A stretch of 64,000 bases of DNA from a virus. The first letter of the stretch is position 1; each line of letters begins with the position of its first letter. Under the pieces are notes generated by a model. The model did no database searches. It saw nothing but the letters and a program-made list of their open reading frames with translations, and was not told the DNA's origin. Shown piece after piece: positions 36,186 through 46,635 of this stretch. A program made the translations under genes and the position numbers. Location: the IMG/VR virus record IMGVR_UViG_3300014350_000112, positions 721 through 64,720 of that record. One strand, 5' to 3'.

Positions 36186-36221
36186 TAAGGCGGCAGTTTC
36201 TCTTTTGAAACTGCCGCCTTA
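36186..36221 (+). terminator. Strong hairpin terminator
   Basis: TAAGGCGGCAGTTTC-tctttt-GAAACTGCCGCCTTA. Confidence 0.8.
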
Positions 36222-36257
36222 CTCAATTTAATAATCTTAATTTGTAAAGAAATTGTT

Positions 36258-37490
36258 ATGACTCTTAACGTTAGATCGTTTTCAAATCAAGAAGACATGC
36301 AACGCGCGTTAACTACGCTTGCAAAATCAATTATTGATTTAAGATCGCGTTTAGATATAGAAAAACGTTCTATAAACGTGCAAAAAATTCGTAGCGCAAT
36401 ACAACGAGCTATGGCAGGCGGCTCTTTGTTTGATGAATTTCAAACCCGAGGACGCTCTAATTACGTAGATAAAAAAATAGAACAACAAAAAAAGAAACAA
36501 CCGATTTCGCCAGCAGATAATATAAATAAAATTATAGAAGACGCTAAAGGTAAATTAGATGCTTTAACTAATATAAAAGCTTTGTTGTTAAAATATTTTG
36601 ATGAAAAATATCCAATAGCAACAAAGATGAAAGTATTGGTTGATAAATTAATAACAAAAATAAAAGATTTAGACGAAGAAGCTAAAGACATATTAGATAG
36701 TAAAGTTCAATCGGCCTTACCTACAAGCTTAAAATTACATACTGAACGTGTAGTTAAATGGGCAAGAGATAGCGAACTCTCTAAAGAGGGAGTAGATTTT
36801 TATTATAAGGTTGATACTGTAAATGGTTCCGTTTCATATATAAGCGAAATAAAAATTTCTGGTGTTCGTGTAAGTGGATTAAAACTAAATTACTATGTTT
36901 ATATAGTAGCGATTCCAGCGAAAACAAAACAGCGTTTTAATTTCTTTATATCTGTATATAACGAGCCTGTTTCTGTAAAACAGCTTCGTTCTGATAATTA
37001 CGGGCAATCTTTTGTATCTACTAATAATGCTATAAATATATTACAATCTGAGTTGGATTTGTCAAAAAATAAGTCTTCTAAAGTCGAAAAGGTAACAATT
37101 ATTACGACTCCTTTTATAGAAAAATTTCGCGTTAAGGAACTAACTATATCTAAAAATGGTAAAAATACTATTGTAAGATTGGCCCTTATTGGTAAAAAAG
37201 CTAAACCTATAAATACACTTAAAGAATTACAAACAATTTTAACAGAAACTTTTCCAGAAATTAAAGATTGGGTTTCTCGTGTTAAGGCTAAAGATGGTGT
37301 TTCTTATGCTTTAACGGGTTCCGTTATAGTATCACCCAAAAATGTAAAAAATAGGTTAATTGAATTTAAGTTTGAAAAGAAATCTGTAGGTAATCCTAGT
37401 CGTATATTTATTACGGAATTCTATAAACGTTTTGGTCAGAGTATTAATCCTAATAAAATAGATCAAGCCCTATTAGCCTTTTACGGTTGA
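36258..37490 (+). CDS. Hypothetical (probably virion) protein, 410 aa
   Basis: ORF in late block. Confidence 0.75.
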   Translation: MTLNVRSFSNQEDMQRALTTLAKSIIDLRSRLDIEKRSINVQKIRSAIQRAMAGGSLFDEFQTRGRSNYVDKKIEQQKKKQPISPADNINKIIEDAKGKLDALTNIKALLLKYFDEKYPIATKMKVLVDKLITKIKDLDEEAKDILDSKVQSALPTSLKLHTERVVKWARDSELSKEGVDFYYKVDTVNGSVSYISEIKISGVRVSGLKLNYYVYIVAIPAKTKQRFNFFISVYNEPVSVKQLRSDNYGQSFVSTNNAINILQSELDLSKNKSSKVEKVTIITTPFIEKFRVKELTISKNGKNTIVRLALIGKKAKPINTLKELQTILTETFPEIKDWVSRVKAKDGVSYALTGSVIVSPKNVKNRLIEFKFEKKSVGNPSRIFITEFYKRFGQSINPNKIDQALLAFYG

Positions 37491-37500
37491 GTAAATTAAA

Positions 37501-38661
37501 ATGAAACTAGTAGAAGCTGTATTAGGACAAGAACTTGAAACGGAAATCTTTTTCCGTAGCGATTCGGGCTCGGGATTAGTAGTTGCTGCGCCACCGAAAT
37601 ACGAAATACGAGATTTTAATGATGCGCTAGTTTTATCTGGATTTGGTTCACAGGATGCTTTTAATTTAGCACGATGGACCACAAGATTTACTATACCTAC
37701 AAATTCTCCTATAGGTAAAGCTGGTCAAAAATATAAAATAGTTTGGTCAGTTAAAGAGTCTGCTTCTGGTGATCGCTATACTCAAACAGATTTCTTTGAC
37801 GTAAAATCTAATATAGATTTTAGTTCTCAATATACAGATATTGATGAACGTCTGGTTATAGAACAGACTTTTTTTGAAGACACATTAATTATTCCTGCCA
37901 ATATAGAGATAGATTCTTTATCTGTTTCTGTTTCAGACATTTTAGGAACTCTTATTTACGACTCTGGTTCTCTTCCGACTGCTCCTTCTGTATCAGATGC
38001 TTCAGTGCAAGTATTTAATCATAAAAGCGCAGCAACAATACCAACATTAGTAGTTGCGGGCCTTAATTGTATGCCTTATCAAATAAAGTGGGTATATAAT
38101 GACGGTGTTAGAGATTCTTACGTGATTCATTATTTATATGCTATTAATGCACGTATACTTGATATGCTGCATCAAATTCGTGCTCGCATAGATAAAGCCC
38201 GTAATCAATCCTATAATCCTGCACTAACATATTTAGATACCGATCTTTTAAAATATTTAGATCAGGGTCTTTCTATGTTTAATGCCAAAAAGCCTGTGCT
38301 TACAAATTTTACTATGAAAAACCTTCCTGATATATTCAGATACCCTGTGCTTGAATGTTCTTGTTATAATGCTTTGCGCGCGCAATTAGGTGCAGAAGGC
38401 CAAGCTACTTTTAATTTCGGAGGACAGTCTGTATCTTTAGATATGGATAGAACGCAATTTATAGAATCAGAATTAGGCCGTATTCAAAATTATATAGATA
38501 CAGACGTTCCTAGTGTTAAAAGACAATGGAATAGGCAAGGTGGAATTCGTGGTGCGGCTGGTGTATTGGGTGTAAATGTTGGAGCATCTTTTAATTGGAG
38601 CCCACCTCTTTATAATAGAGGAGGTTTACTTATTGGTTCTTATTCCTCAAGGAATAGATAA
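37501..38661 (+). CDS. Putative head-tail adaptor/neck protein
   Basis: Ig-like N-terminus; C-term DTDLLKYLDQGLSMFN...Y.ALRAQ...FNFGGQSVSLD resembles head-completion proteins (inference). Confidence 0.5.
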   Translation: MKLVEAVLGQELETEIFFRSDSGSGLVVAAPPKYEIRDFNDALVLSGFGSQDAFNLARWTTRFTIPTNSPIGKAGQKYKIVWSVKESASGDRYTQTDFFDVKSNIDFSSQYTDIDERLVIEQTFFEDTLIIPANIEIDSLSVSVSDILGTLIYDSGSLPTAPSVSDASVQVFNHKSAATIPTLVVAGLNCMPYQIKWVYNDGVRDSYVIHYLYAINARILDMLHQIRARIDKARNQSYNPALTYLDTDLLKYLDQGLSMFNAKKPVLTNFTMKNLPDIFRYPVLECSCYNALRAQLGAEGQATFNFGGQSVSLDMDRTQFIESELGRIQNYIDTDVPSVKRQWNRQGGIRGAAGVLGVNVGASFNWSPPLYNRGGLLIGSYSSRNR

Positions 38662-38681
38662 TCTAATTTTATATGTAGCAT

Positions 38682-38707
38682 AAAAACGTAAGCCCACACT
38701 TACGTTT
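38682..38707 (+). promoter_or_regulatory. Hairpin in leader of the 38754 gene
   Basis: AAAACGTAAG-cccaca-CTTACGTTTT. Confidence 0.45.
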
Positions 38708-38753
38708 TATCTTAGCTAGAAAGATAACTAACACCATTTCATTGGAGAAAAGT

Positions 38754-39566
38754 ATGTCTAAACTTTCGCGTTTACTCACAGCAACTGCTTCTATTGCTGG
38801 TTTGGCTTCCGTTCCGGTTGGAATTTCTGTTGCCGAGGTTCACAAATTAAATAAAGATTCTATTTTTGATTTTGAAGTTAATTCCAATTTAGGTCATACC
38901 GGCGAAGAGATTATTGCCGGTGTTAATTCTTATCTTAAAGAGGTAACTAATTCAGATAATTATACAGCGGTTGCTGGTAGTCTTTTTCCTATAGATGAAA
39001 CTGGTTTTCGTTTCCGCGTAGCTGTTAAACGTAACACTGTTTCTCTTGCTTACAATGATGAAAATCTTAAAGATAAGCACGTTATTAGTGCCAATGTATT
39101 TAAGGATGCGTCAGACGATCTTTGGCGTTTAGTTGGAGAAGGCGATAATCGCCGCCTCGTTCAGATTTCCGAAGAGGATCAAACAGAAATATTGAAGCGC
39201 GCTTATAATCCAAATTTAAAACGTGCTCTTGCTTCTGTTTATAAAGAGCTTCCGTGCGAAGCTGGTGATTTTGTTGCTTATTATAACGAAGACACCGCTT
39301 CTGTAGAATTTGGTTTAGCAGCTTCCTATAATGATAAAAATAAAACTATAGGCGTTGTTTCAAAAGATAAAAAAGAACTAGTAACCGCTCCCTCTGTTGC
39401 TATTCTTGCCAGCACCAATGCTGTAGATTTTAGAACTACAAGTTTAGAAGCTACTGCTAGTGATGCCCTTCAGCAGTATATAAACTATTTACGTTCCTAT
39501 TACGGTGAAAATAATGCTCTTATTGAAGGATTCCAGTCTTTCTTGACTAGTAAACGGCGCGGTTAA
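38754..39566 (+). CDS. Putative virion protein, about 270 aa
   Basis: GGAGA RBS; codon pattern of highly expressed genes; late block. Confidence 0.75.
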   Translation: MSKLSRLLTATASIAGLASVPVGISVAEVHKLNKDSIFDFEVNSNLGHTGEEIIAGVNSYLKEVTNSDNYTAVAGSLFPIDETGFRFRVAVKRNTVSLAYNDENLKDKHVISANVFKDASDDLWRLVGEGDNRRLVQISEEDQTEILKRAYNPNLKRALASVYKELPCEAGDFVAYYNEDTASVEFGLAASYNDKNKTIGVVSKDKKELVTAPSVAILASTNAVDFRTTSLEATASDALQQYINYLRSYYGENNALIEGFQSFLTSKRRG

Positions 39567-39625
39567 AAATTCAGCATGTCGAAAAATATTAGTTAAGTTT
39601 TGTGGGAAACAAGAGGGCGTTAACT

Positions 39626-40195
39626 ATGAATAATTTATCGACATGCACTTTAAATAAAAGCTTAAGAATTCTTGCTTCTAGCCCGGCAGGAACTCCTACA
39701 CACTTGAGCATTAATAAAAATGATGCTCAATTAATAGTAAAAGCTTTAGATAAACTCAGCAGCCAAAATGCTTCTGATCTTTTATCTCACGGAGAAAATG
39801 AAATGGTGTTTCTTGCTAAGGCTGTCTTGGAAAATCCCAAGACAGCCTATGCTGTTTTGAAACAAAACCATGCTTTTATTTTAGAAGCTAGGTCAACTAA
39901 CCATTCCTTAGGACGCCTTGCTAAAGGATTAACTAAAAAACAATTACTAAGTAAAATATCAACTATTTTAAAACGTAGTGGATTACCATCTTCTAAAACA
40001 ACTATAAATATTACAAGAGTTAGCCTTGGTCAGCAAGTAGAAATTCCAATAAAAGTTGGAACTCCTTATACTACCATAACGATGTTTAGGGCAGAGTTAG
40101 CTAAACATTATGAAATCCGTGGTAGCGTAAATCTTCAGGGAGCAGGCAAAGATCTTAAAATTCAATTTACAATTATTAATTGCAAGACCAAGTAA
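39626..40195 (+). CDS. Hypothetical (probably virion) protein
   Basis: GAGGG RBS. Confidence 0.7.
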   Translation: MNNLSTCTLNKSLRILASSPAGTPTHLSINKNDAQLIVKALDKLSSQNASDLLSHGENEMVFLAKAVLENPKTAYAVLKQNHAFILEARSTNHSLGRLAKGLTKKQLLSKISTILKRSGLPSSKTTINITRVSLGQQVEIPIKVGTPYTTITMFRAELAKHYEIRGSVNLQGAGKDLKIQFTIINCKTK

Positions 40196-40219
40196 TCTTT
40201 TAACAAAGGCAACAACACA

Positions 40220-41539
40220 ATGAGCCATATTTTAATTGCTAGAACTTTAGCTAATAACATTAACAAAACTTATACTGTTGATCTTATTGCTAAAACATTA
40301 TCTAAAAATTTAATTAAAGTTGTTGCAAAAGAAGAAAATAATAAGCAAGATGATAATAAGCAAGATAATTTTGATAATGAAAAATCTAATATTTCTAATA
40401 TTTCTAATGAGCCTACTCCTCATGAATTTATAGTTCGTATGTTGGAGCAGACTGCTAAAGCTAACGAAGGTTTGCACGAAAAGCTTGGTATAACTTTTCC
40501 AGTAATTGATTACGAGCGTATTACTAGAGCGCAAGAAGCAGCCGCCTCTGTTGATGAATATATGGATAATCAAAGAAAACTTTCATCTAACATTCCTATT
40601 GAAGTTTCTTTTTCTGTTTTAGCTCACTCTAAAGACGAATATAAATCGTCTAAACTTCTTCATCTGCTTGCTAAGGCAGCCGCAGCAGATATTAATAAAA
40701 CTAAAGAAGTTGCTGAAGGTGAACCTGATGATCCGGCCAGAGAAGATAATAAACTTTTAATTTTAATAGACCCTGATTCTGCTAAGTTAGTTCAGCGTGT
40801 TTTTGCAGATTATGTTTCTGAAGACGATCTATCTAAATTTGCACAGTTTCTTTTATCCTTTGATAAGTTGTTATTCAAGTTTAGAGACGGTAAACCGTTA
40901 GAGCGCGAAGAAATTGAAGAGTTAGAAGAAATTGAAGAAGCACGCGCTCAGAAAAAGAGACAACGTCGTGCCAGTAGATCTAAGAAGAAAAAGAACATAA
41001 AACCCAACGACGATTCGTATGACGAAGAAGGTAATGAGGACTTAGAGGAAGTTGAAGTTGCCAGCGTAGAAGAAAATGCTGGTTCATATAATGCTGAAGT
41101 TGTAAAAGCTTTCAATTCGTGGATGACTTCTTTTGTTTCAGAGCCGATTATTTTTTCTTGGCTAACATTAGCTACTGCAAATCTTATTCGTGCCGGTAAC
41201 AAAATTCAAGATATTCTTTCTTTTTTCCGGATGCTTACCGAAGTTAGCTCATTTAAAATGATAGGTATGAATCATGGAAACATTTTACTAGAAAATAAGT
41301 TGGGAATTAATTTAGAAGTTAAACTTCCGGTATTTGATAATAAACCTGTTGTTCTTCTAAGTGAAAGTATTAGAGATTCTTCTAATAACGTTATTCAAAA
41401 AGTTCTTGTTAAAATACCTAGATTAGCCGCAACAAGAATCTTAACAGCCGCCTTAGAATCATATGATAAAACTTCATACGGGCAACATGAAGAATATATA
41501 AAATCTTTAGGGCCTGCATTTAATTACAACGAGAATTAA
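40220..41539 (+). CDS. Hypothetical (probably virion) protein, 439 aa
   Basis: ORF in late block; charged low-complexity linker. Confidence 0.75.
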   Translation: MSHILIARTLANNINKTYTVDLIAKTLSKNLIKVVAKEENNKQDDNKQDNFDNEKSNISNISNEPTPHEFIVRMLEQTAKANEGLHEKLGITFPVIDYERITRAQEAAASVDEYMDNQRKLSSNIPIEVSFSVLAHSKDEYKSSKLLHLLAKAAAADINKTKEVAEGEPDDPAREDNKLLILIDPDSAKLVQRVFADYVSEDDLSKFAQFLLSFDKLLFKFRDGKPLEREEIEELEEIEEARAQKKRQRRASRSKKKKNIKPNDDSYDEEGNEDLEEVEVASVEENAGSYNAEVVKAFNSWMTSFVSEPIIFSWLTLATANLIRAGNKIQDILSFFRMLTEVSSFKMIGMNHGNILLENKLGINLEVKLPVFDNKPVVLLSESIRDSSNNVIQKVLVKIPRLAATRILTAALESYDKTSYGQHEEYIKSLGPAFNYNEN

Positions 41540-41552
41540 AAGGTTTAATTCG

Positions 41553-41867
41553 ATGCGCCTTCTTACAAACGCTGGTTTAGGTATGTCTTCGGAGCACCCA
41601 AATCAATTGGGTGCTCCTGCTTTTATTAATATTCAAGACCCTACAGCGCGTTTTCAAGCTAGGGGAACATTTGGCGTAGCTGGTAGCGTAAAAATATATT
41701 TAGGTCATTCTTTTAATGCACCTAAGTCGTCATGGGGATTATTAGCTACTATAACTGACGCAACTCCCGTTGTAATAACAAACTTAACTAATGGATATAT
41801 TGTAGCTCAAATAGAAGCCGGTGACGGAACTACCAATTTAACTGTAGATATGCTATTAGTTGGATAA
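41553..41867 (+). CDS. Small beta-rich protein, possibly structural
   Basis: 104 aa, G/T/V-rich. Confidence 0.7.
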   Translation: MRLLTNAGLGMSSEHPNQLGAPAFINIQDPTARFQARGTFGVAGSVKIYLGHSFNAPKSSWGLLATITDATPVVITNLTNGYIVAQIEAGDGTTNLTVDMLLVG

Positions 41868-41872
41868 CTTAA

Positions 41873-42523
41873 GTGAGTATTGTTGTAAGAGACCACCCCA
41901 AAACAAAAGATAAGTGGAAAACAAAACCGGAAAATAAAAAAAAGGGTAATCCTCTTTTTTCTACTTCGACTTTGAAATCTGAAAAAGCTCTTGCTAAAGA
42001 AGCGGATAAAGTTGAAAAGCTGTTAAAGAAAACAGCCAAACAACGTAAACGTCTTTTATCTGTTGCTAGAAGTAGCGGTTATTCAGACAAACAGTCCGCA
42101 AAACTTTTATCTTCTATGCGGTCCATGACTATTAATATGTTACCGCGCGCTGAAGAAACTTACCAACGTTTTGGTAACGAACGAGCAGCTTACGCTTATA
42201 ATTCTTTAGTATCTCAAATAAGAGAAATAGAAAATGATATGCGCTTGGTGGCTGACTTAGGGCATCAAGCTGAAAAAGTTGTTGATATATTTTCGGAAAA
42301 TTTTCGTAACGTTGCTCGTAATATGGTTCAACGTGCAGTTTATGTAAAACGAAATTTAGTCAATATTGCTGGTAAAAAAGCTTCTAAAGCTAAAGATTTA
42401 ATTGATGAAATGATTAAAGACCACGCTCAATTTATGGAAACTACTTTACAAAAAGTGCGCGATGATATTTTTGCGTTAATGACTGAACCTAAACCAAAAC
42501 AAATGCGTAAAAAAAGAAGGTAA
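41873..42523 (+). CDS. Helical basic hypothetical protein, 216 aa
   Basis: GTG start; ORF in operon. Confidence 0.7.
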   Translation: MSIVVRDHPKTKDKWKTKPENKKKGNPLFSTSTLKSEKALAKEADKVEKLLKKTAKQRKRLLSVARSSGYSDKQSAKLLSSMRSMTINMLPRAEETYQRFGNERAAYAYNSLVSQIREIENDMRLVADLGHQAEKVVDIFSENFRNVARNMVQRAVYVKRNLVNIAGKKASKAKDLIDEMIKDHAQFMETTLQKVRDDIFALMTEPKPKQMRKKRR

Positions 42524-42581
42524 TATTATGAAATATAAAAAAGCCATGGTTTTTTCTAATAACATAACTTAATTAAAACGC

Positions 42582-42881
42582 ATGGCTTACGGTAGAAGTG
42601 GATCAAAAGGTTATCGTGTAGCAAAAATAACAGGCAATAATTGGAAAGATCGTTATCCAGATCGCGCTACGTGGTCTAATTTACGTAAGCAAACAGTTGT
42701 TGTTAAAAAGTGTAAACGTTGCGGCTGCACGCCTACTAAAGATAATCCTATAGAGGCTGGTCATTGTGTTCCTTTATCTAAAGGGGGACGAAACACTCTG
42801 TTAAATTTGGGTGAAGAGTGTCGTCGCTGCAATAATTTAAAAGCTTCTCGTAAACCCTCGCACTTTAAAGGAAAACGCTAA
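42582..42881 (+). CDS. Small HNH endonuclease
   Basis: CKRC...AGHCVPLSKGG.N...NL...CRRCN..K. Confidence 0.85.
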   Translation: MAYGRSGSKGYRVAKITGNNWKDRYPDRATWSNLRKQTVVVKKCKRCGCTPTKDNPIEAGHCVPLSKGGRNTLLNLGEECRRCNNLKASRKPSHFKGKR

Positions 42882-43381
42882 TGAATAAACTTCGTGTATA
42901 TCAAACTACTGCTGCTAAACATAAAGTTGGTAGTAGTAACCGTATTTCTTATAATGTTCCTAATGATGTAGGAGAGCATGTTCTTATTTTGAAGGAAATT
43001 AAGAAAAATCTTCCCGGCTCTAAAATTTTTGGTGATTTAAAATTTGTTCCTCAAGATAAGAAAAAGAATAATGACCCATATTCTGAAGCTTTTTCGGCTT
43101 ATGTAAAATATAAAGGCTGTCTTATTATAATAGAGGATGGTAAGTATAAGTGTTACACATCCAATTATAAATCTAAAATGAATAAGTTCGTAGATGACAT
43201 TCTTTCATTTACAGATATTAATCTTTATATGCCTTTCCCCATTAAAATTCCTCTAGATAAAATTGAGGCTATATTCAATAAGTTCAAAAAAGAAGTTGAC
43301 AGCAATAATACCTTCTTTAAACAAATTAATAAGGCAGTTTATGATGCCATTGTAACTGTTCGCAATAGAAAGAAAAAGTAA
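42881..43381 (+). CDS. Hypothetical protein, 166 aa
   Basis: TAATG coupling with the HNH gene. Confidence 0.7.
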   Translation: MNKLRVYQTTAAKHKVGSSNRISYNVPNDVGEHVLILKEIKKNLPGSKIFGDLKFVPQDKKKNNDPYSEAFSAYVKYKGCLIIIEDGKYKCYTSNYKSKMNKFVDDILSFTDINLYMPFPIKIPLDKIEAIFNKFKKEVDSNNTFFKQINKAVYDAIVTVRNRKKK

Positions 43382-43382
43382 G

Positions 43383-43952
43383 ATGAAAAACCTCCTTTTA
43401 TCTTTGTATAATTACAGAGTAGAACCTACAAGAACATTTAAAAAAGATGCGAAGGAGGATCTTCAAAATTTAACAAAAAGAATGTTAGCTAATTATAATC
43501 GTTATTTACTGGACAAGTTAAAAACGATTACTAATGATATTCTAAATATTAAAAAAGAATTTTCTAAAGACCCTAACAAAAATATGTTAGTTAAAAATGC
43601 TTCTAATGAATTGGAACGTATTAAAATCTATCTTAAGCGTATTGCTAAACAATTACGAAAAAATAAGCCTTCTGAAGTTCGTAAGAGATTAAAAATACGC
43701 AAACACGCTATAAAATCTTCTGATTTTGATACTTCTAGTTACCCAATTCCTGCAAAAAAGAGGTTTGAAGCATTAAACAAAATTGTAACTGAAAAACAGA
43801 TGGGTAAAGTTGACGGTAAAACTATAGATATGCTAACAGCCCATACAGTTATTAGTATATTGAAACGAGTATCCATTGATAATCAAAGAAAGCTTTTATC
43901 TTTGCCTATTAATAAGATGATAGATGTTGTTTATAAAGTATCAAGTAAGTAA
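43383..43952 (+). CDS. Hypothetical protein with KVDG..IDM.TA..V C-terminal motif
   Basis: Motif recalled from small myophage proteins. Confidence 0.65.
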   Translation: MKNLLLSLYNYRVEPTRTFKKDAKEDLQNLTKRMLANYNRYLLDKLKTITNDILNIKKEFSKDPNKNMLVKNASNELERIKIYLKRIAKQLRKNKPSEVRKRLKIRKHAIKSSDFDTSSYPIPAKKRFEALNKIVTEKQMGKVDGKTIDMLTAHTVISILKRVSIDNQRKLLSLPINKMIDVVYKVSSK

Positions 43953-43970
43953 TCTGGAAAGGATCGTGCT

Positions 43971-44186
43971 ATGGACGGATTTATTCCTTTTGTTGCAGTA
44001 GGCGTTCTAGTTATTTTTGTAGTAGTAGGCTTTATTCTTCGTAACAGAAAAAAGAAGGCCATTATATCTACATCAACACCACCTACATCTAAAGATCCTT
44101 TAGATGGATGGGATGGATCTATGATAAGCGTTCCTCAGTTTCCTAATAAAGTAATTACAAGTATAAATACGGACCCTAAAAAATAA
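43971..44186 (+). CDS. Small single-TM protein, 71 aa
   Basis: N-terminal hydrophobic helix followed by RNRKKK. Confidence 0.65.
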   Translation: MDGFIPFVAVGVLVIFVVVGFILRNRKKKAIISTSTPPTSKDPLDGWDGSMISVPQFPNKVITSINTDPKK

Positions 44187-44283
44187 GTATTTATTAATAA
44201 ATAATTGCAAAGGTTCTATAAAATATCTTGAAGATGGATAAACTATAATAAAAAGCGTTGTGTCTATTATTAAGGTTATATAA

Positions 44284-46590
44284 ATGCCAATTAAGACACC
44301 AAATTTTTTAAAGCCGCGCCTATCTGAATTTAGACGTGCAGCTATTAAAGACAATCGTAACAGAATAATGCGAATTAGTGTGGGGGCAAATGCCCCCGCA
44401 CCCTTTTTTGCCGTAGTTACTAATGAAGTTTTTGTTGGTGTGCATCCAGATAGGGTGCAGACTATTTTTTTTGAAAACAATGTTTCTGAAGCTGTCAATA
44501 AGCTTTTAAATAAAGCCAAGTCGAAAGCGGTAATTAAAACACAACAGTCAAGTCGCGTTGATAACTTTATTCAAGTTATGAAAAAGCTTCGCACTAATAA
44601 TGTGAGGCTTCTAAAATTTAAGACCTCCAACGGTCTTTCGTATTACGTAACACGCGATCCTATGACATTTGTGTTAGCTACACATTATGTTAAAGATAAA
44701 GAACCTGATTGGGAAAAAATAGATTCTTTTTTGAAGAAACAAAATTTTGCCTATCATAGCGGTAGCACTCAATCTAAATTAACAGACCAAGAATTTGATA
44801 ACTGGAAAGAAACATATTTAATATATGGTAAAAAATGGCCCTTCGATAATACAGTAGGAGCTGCACCGCGTTCTAAAGAAAAAATAACCTTGCCCCAACA
44901 AATGGGTTCTCTTGAAAAAGAAAACACTTCTAAAGGTATTTTTGTTTGGGCCAAAAAGAATAAAATTACCGCAAAAATAGCTACTCCTAAATTAGATGGC
45001 ATATCGGCTCTTGTTGTTTATAAAAAAGGCTTACTTACAAATGTTTATACCAGAGGTGATGGTATAAAAGGTAGAGATATTACTAGACATGCTTATCTAG
45101 TCAAAGACATTCCTAAGAGTATAAATATAAAAGAACCTTTGCATGTGCGCGGTGAGTTACTAATAAAAAATTCAACTTTTATACAAAAATTTGAAGGGGC
45201 GTATGCTAATCCCCGTAATATGATGGCGGGAGTTGTTAACAGGTCGAACTCTAGTTTAAGTGAACTGGAAGAAACTTCTTTTTTCGTTTTTGATTCCGAC
45301 TATCAAGCTAAATCAAAAAGTGAAATGCTAAATAGCTTGAAAAAGACAGGATTTAAAACGGTTCCTTATATAACAGTTGATGATTCTATATCATTAGATA
45401 ATATTCTTTCAGAATTTAAAAAACGCTTAGATTTTGATATGGATGGATTGGTAGTAGAAGCGAATAATCCTAAAGAACGAAAGAAAATAGGCTACGAAAC
45501 GAACTCTTTAAATCCAAAATTTGCTAGAGCATACAAACCACCCAAATTAGATAATATAACTCAAGCTACTATAAAAAGCGTTGAATGGAATGTATCTCGT
45601 CATAGGCAGTTAAAACCAGTAGCAATAATAAAACCCGTTAAATTGGCCGGTGTAACAGTTTCTCGCGCAACGCTTTTTAATGCCGCTTTTGTGATTCAAA
45701 ACCGTATAGGGCCGGGAGCTATAGTGGAATTAACACGCAGCGGAGAAGTAATTCCGCATGTTATGCGTGTTATAAAAGGCGTTTCTATTGGAGTTGCTAT
45801 AGCTTCACCAGATAAGAAAAAATTTGGAGACTATCATTTAAATGAAACTTCTGTAGACTACGTTTTAGGGGAAAAAGTTTTTTCTGAAGACGTTGAGATT
45901 AAAAATACTTTACATTTTCTTGAAAAATGCGGAGTAGAGCGTATTAAGGAAGAAACCGTTCGTGCTTTTTATAATACGGGTTTTAACTCCATAGAAAAAA
46001 TCGTCAAAATGAATTTTGATGATCTTATGAAAGTAGAAAGAATGGGAGAAAAGTCTGCTAATAACATAATAGAAGAATTTAAAAAACTGCAAGCGGTTCC
46101 AATGGATCGTTTAATGTATGCTTCTAATATGTTTGGGAGAAATTTTGGAACTAGACGATTTAAGTCTATATTGGAAAGATTTGGACGTAATACCTTAAGA
46201 TGGAATGGTCAAACTATTAGAGAAATAGCAGAACAAATAGCAACCATATCAGGTTTCTCCTACGAAGGGGGAAAGCAGTTTGCTAAGGGCATTAAACCGT
46301 TTCTTAGATTTAAGAAAAGCTTAGAGCCGTATGTGAACGGAGTCTATCCAACTAAAACAAAAAATAAATCAAATAAGCTGTCTGGAGCATCTGTAGTATT
46401 TACAGGAATAAGAGATACACTTTTAGAGGATATTATTGTTAATAATGGTGGTTCTATAGGAGGTTCAGTTTCTAAAAATACTTCCCACGTTATATGGACT
46501 GGAAATAAGACTTTAAAATCCGATAAAGCTAAATCTATGGGTATTCCATTATTAACTATCGAACAATTCAAAAAGAAGTATAGTCTGTAA
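44284..46590 (+). CDS. ligA: NAD-dependent DNA ligase with N-terminal extension
   Basis: TPKLDG adenylation motif, TRGDG..G.DIT, VRGE, NPRN..AG, DGLVVE, OB fold VSRATLFN, HhH, C-terminal BRCT (VVFTG). Confidence 0.95.
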   Translation: MPIKTPNFLKPRLSEFRRAAIKDNRNRIMRISVGANAPAPFFAVVTNEVFVGVHPDRVQTIFFENNVSEAVNKLLNKAKSKAVIKTQQSSRVDNFIQVMKKLRTNNVRLLKFKTSNGLSYYVTRDPMTFVLATHYVKDKEPDWEKIDSFLKKQNFAYHSGSTQSKLTDQEFDNWKETYLIYGKKWPFDNTVGAAPRSKEKITLPQQMGSLEKENTSKGIFVWAKKNKITAKIATPKLDGISALVVYKKGLLTNVYTRGDGIKGRDITRHAYLVKDIPKSINIKEPLHVRGELLIKNSTFIQKFEGAYANPRNMMAGVVNRSNSSLSELEETSFFVFDSDYQAKSKSEMLNSLKKTGFKTVPYITVDDSISLDNILSEFKKRLDFDMDGLVVEANNPKERKKIGYETNSLNPKFARAYKPPKLDNITQATIKSVEWNVSRHRQLKPVAIIKPVKLAGVTVSRATLFNAAFVIQNRIGPGAIVELTRSGEVIPHVMRVIKGVSIGVAIASPDKKKFGDYHLNETSVDYVLGEKVFSEDVEIKNTLHFLEKCGVERIKEETVRAFYNTGFNSIEKIVKMNFDDLMKVERMGEKSANNIIEEFKKLQAVPMDRLMYASNMFGRNFGTRRFKSILERFGRNTLRWNGQTIREIAEQIATISGFSYEGGKQFAKGIKPFLRFKKSLEPYVNGVYPTKTKNKSNKLSGASVVFTGIRDTLLEDIIVNNGGSIGGSVSKNTSHVIWTGNKTLKSDKAKSMGIPLLTIEQFKKKYSL

Positions 46591-46635
46591 TCTTTATCTA
46601 ATTTTAAGTGATACTTTTTATAAGAGTGCCGCACC

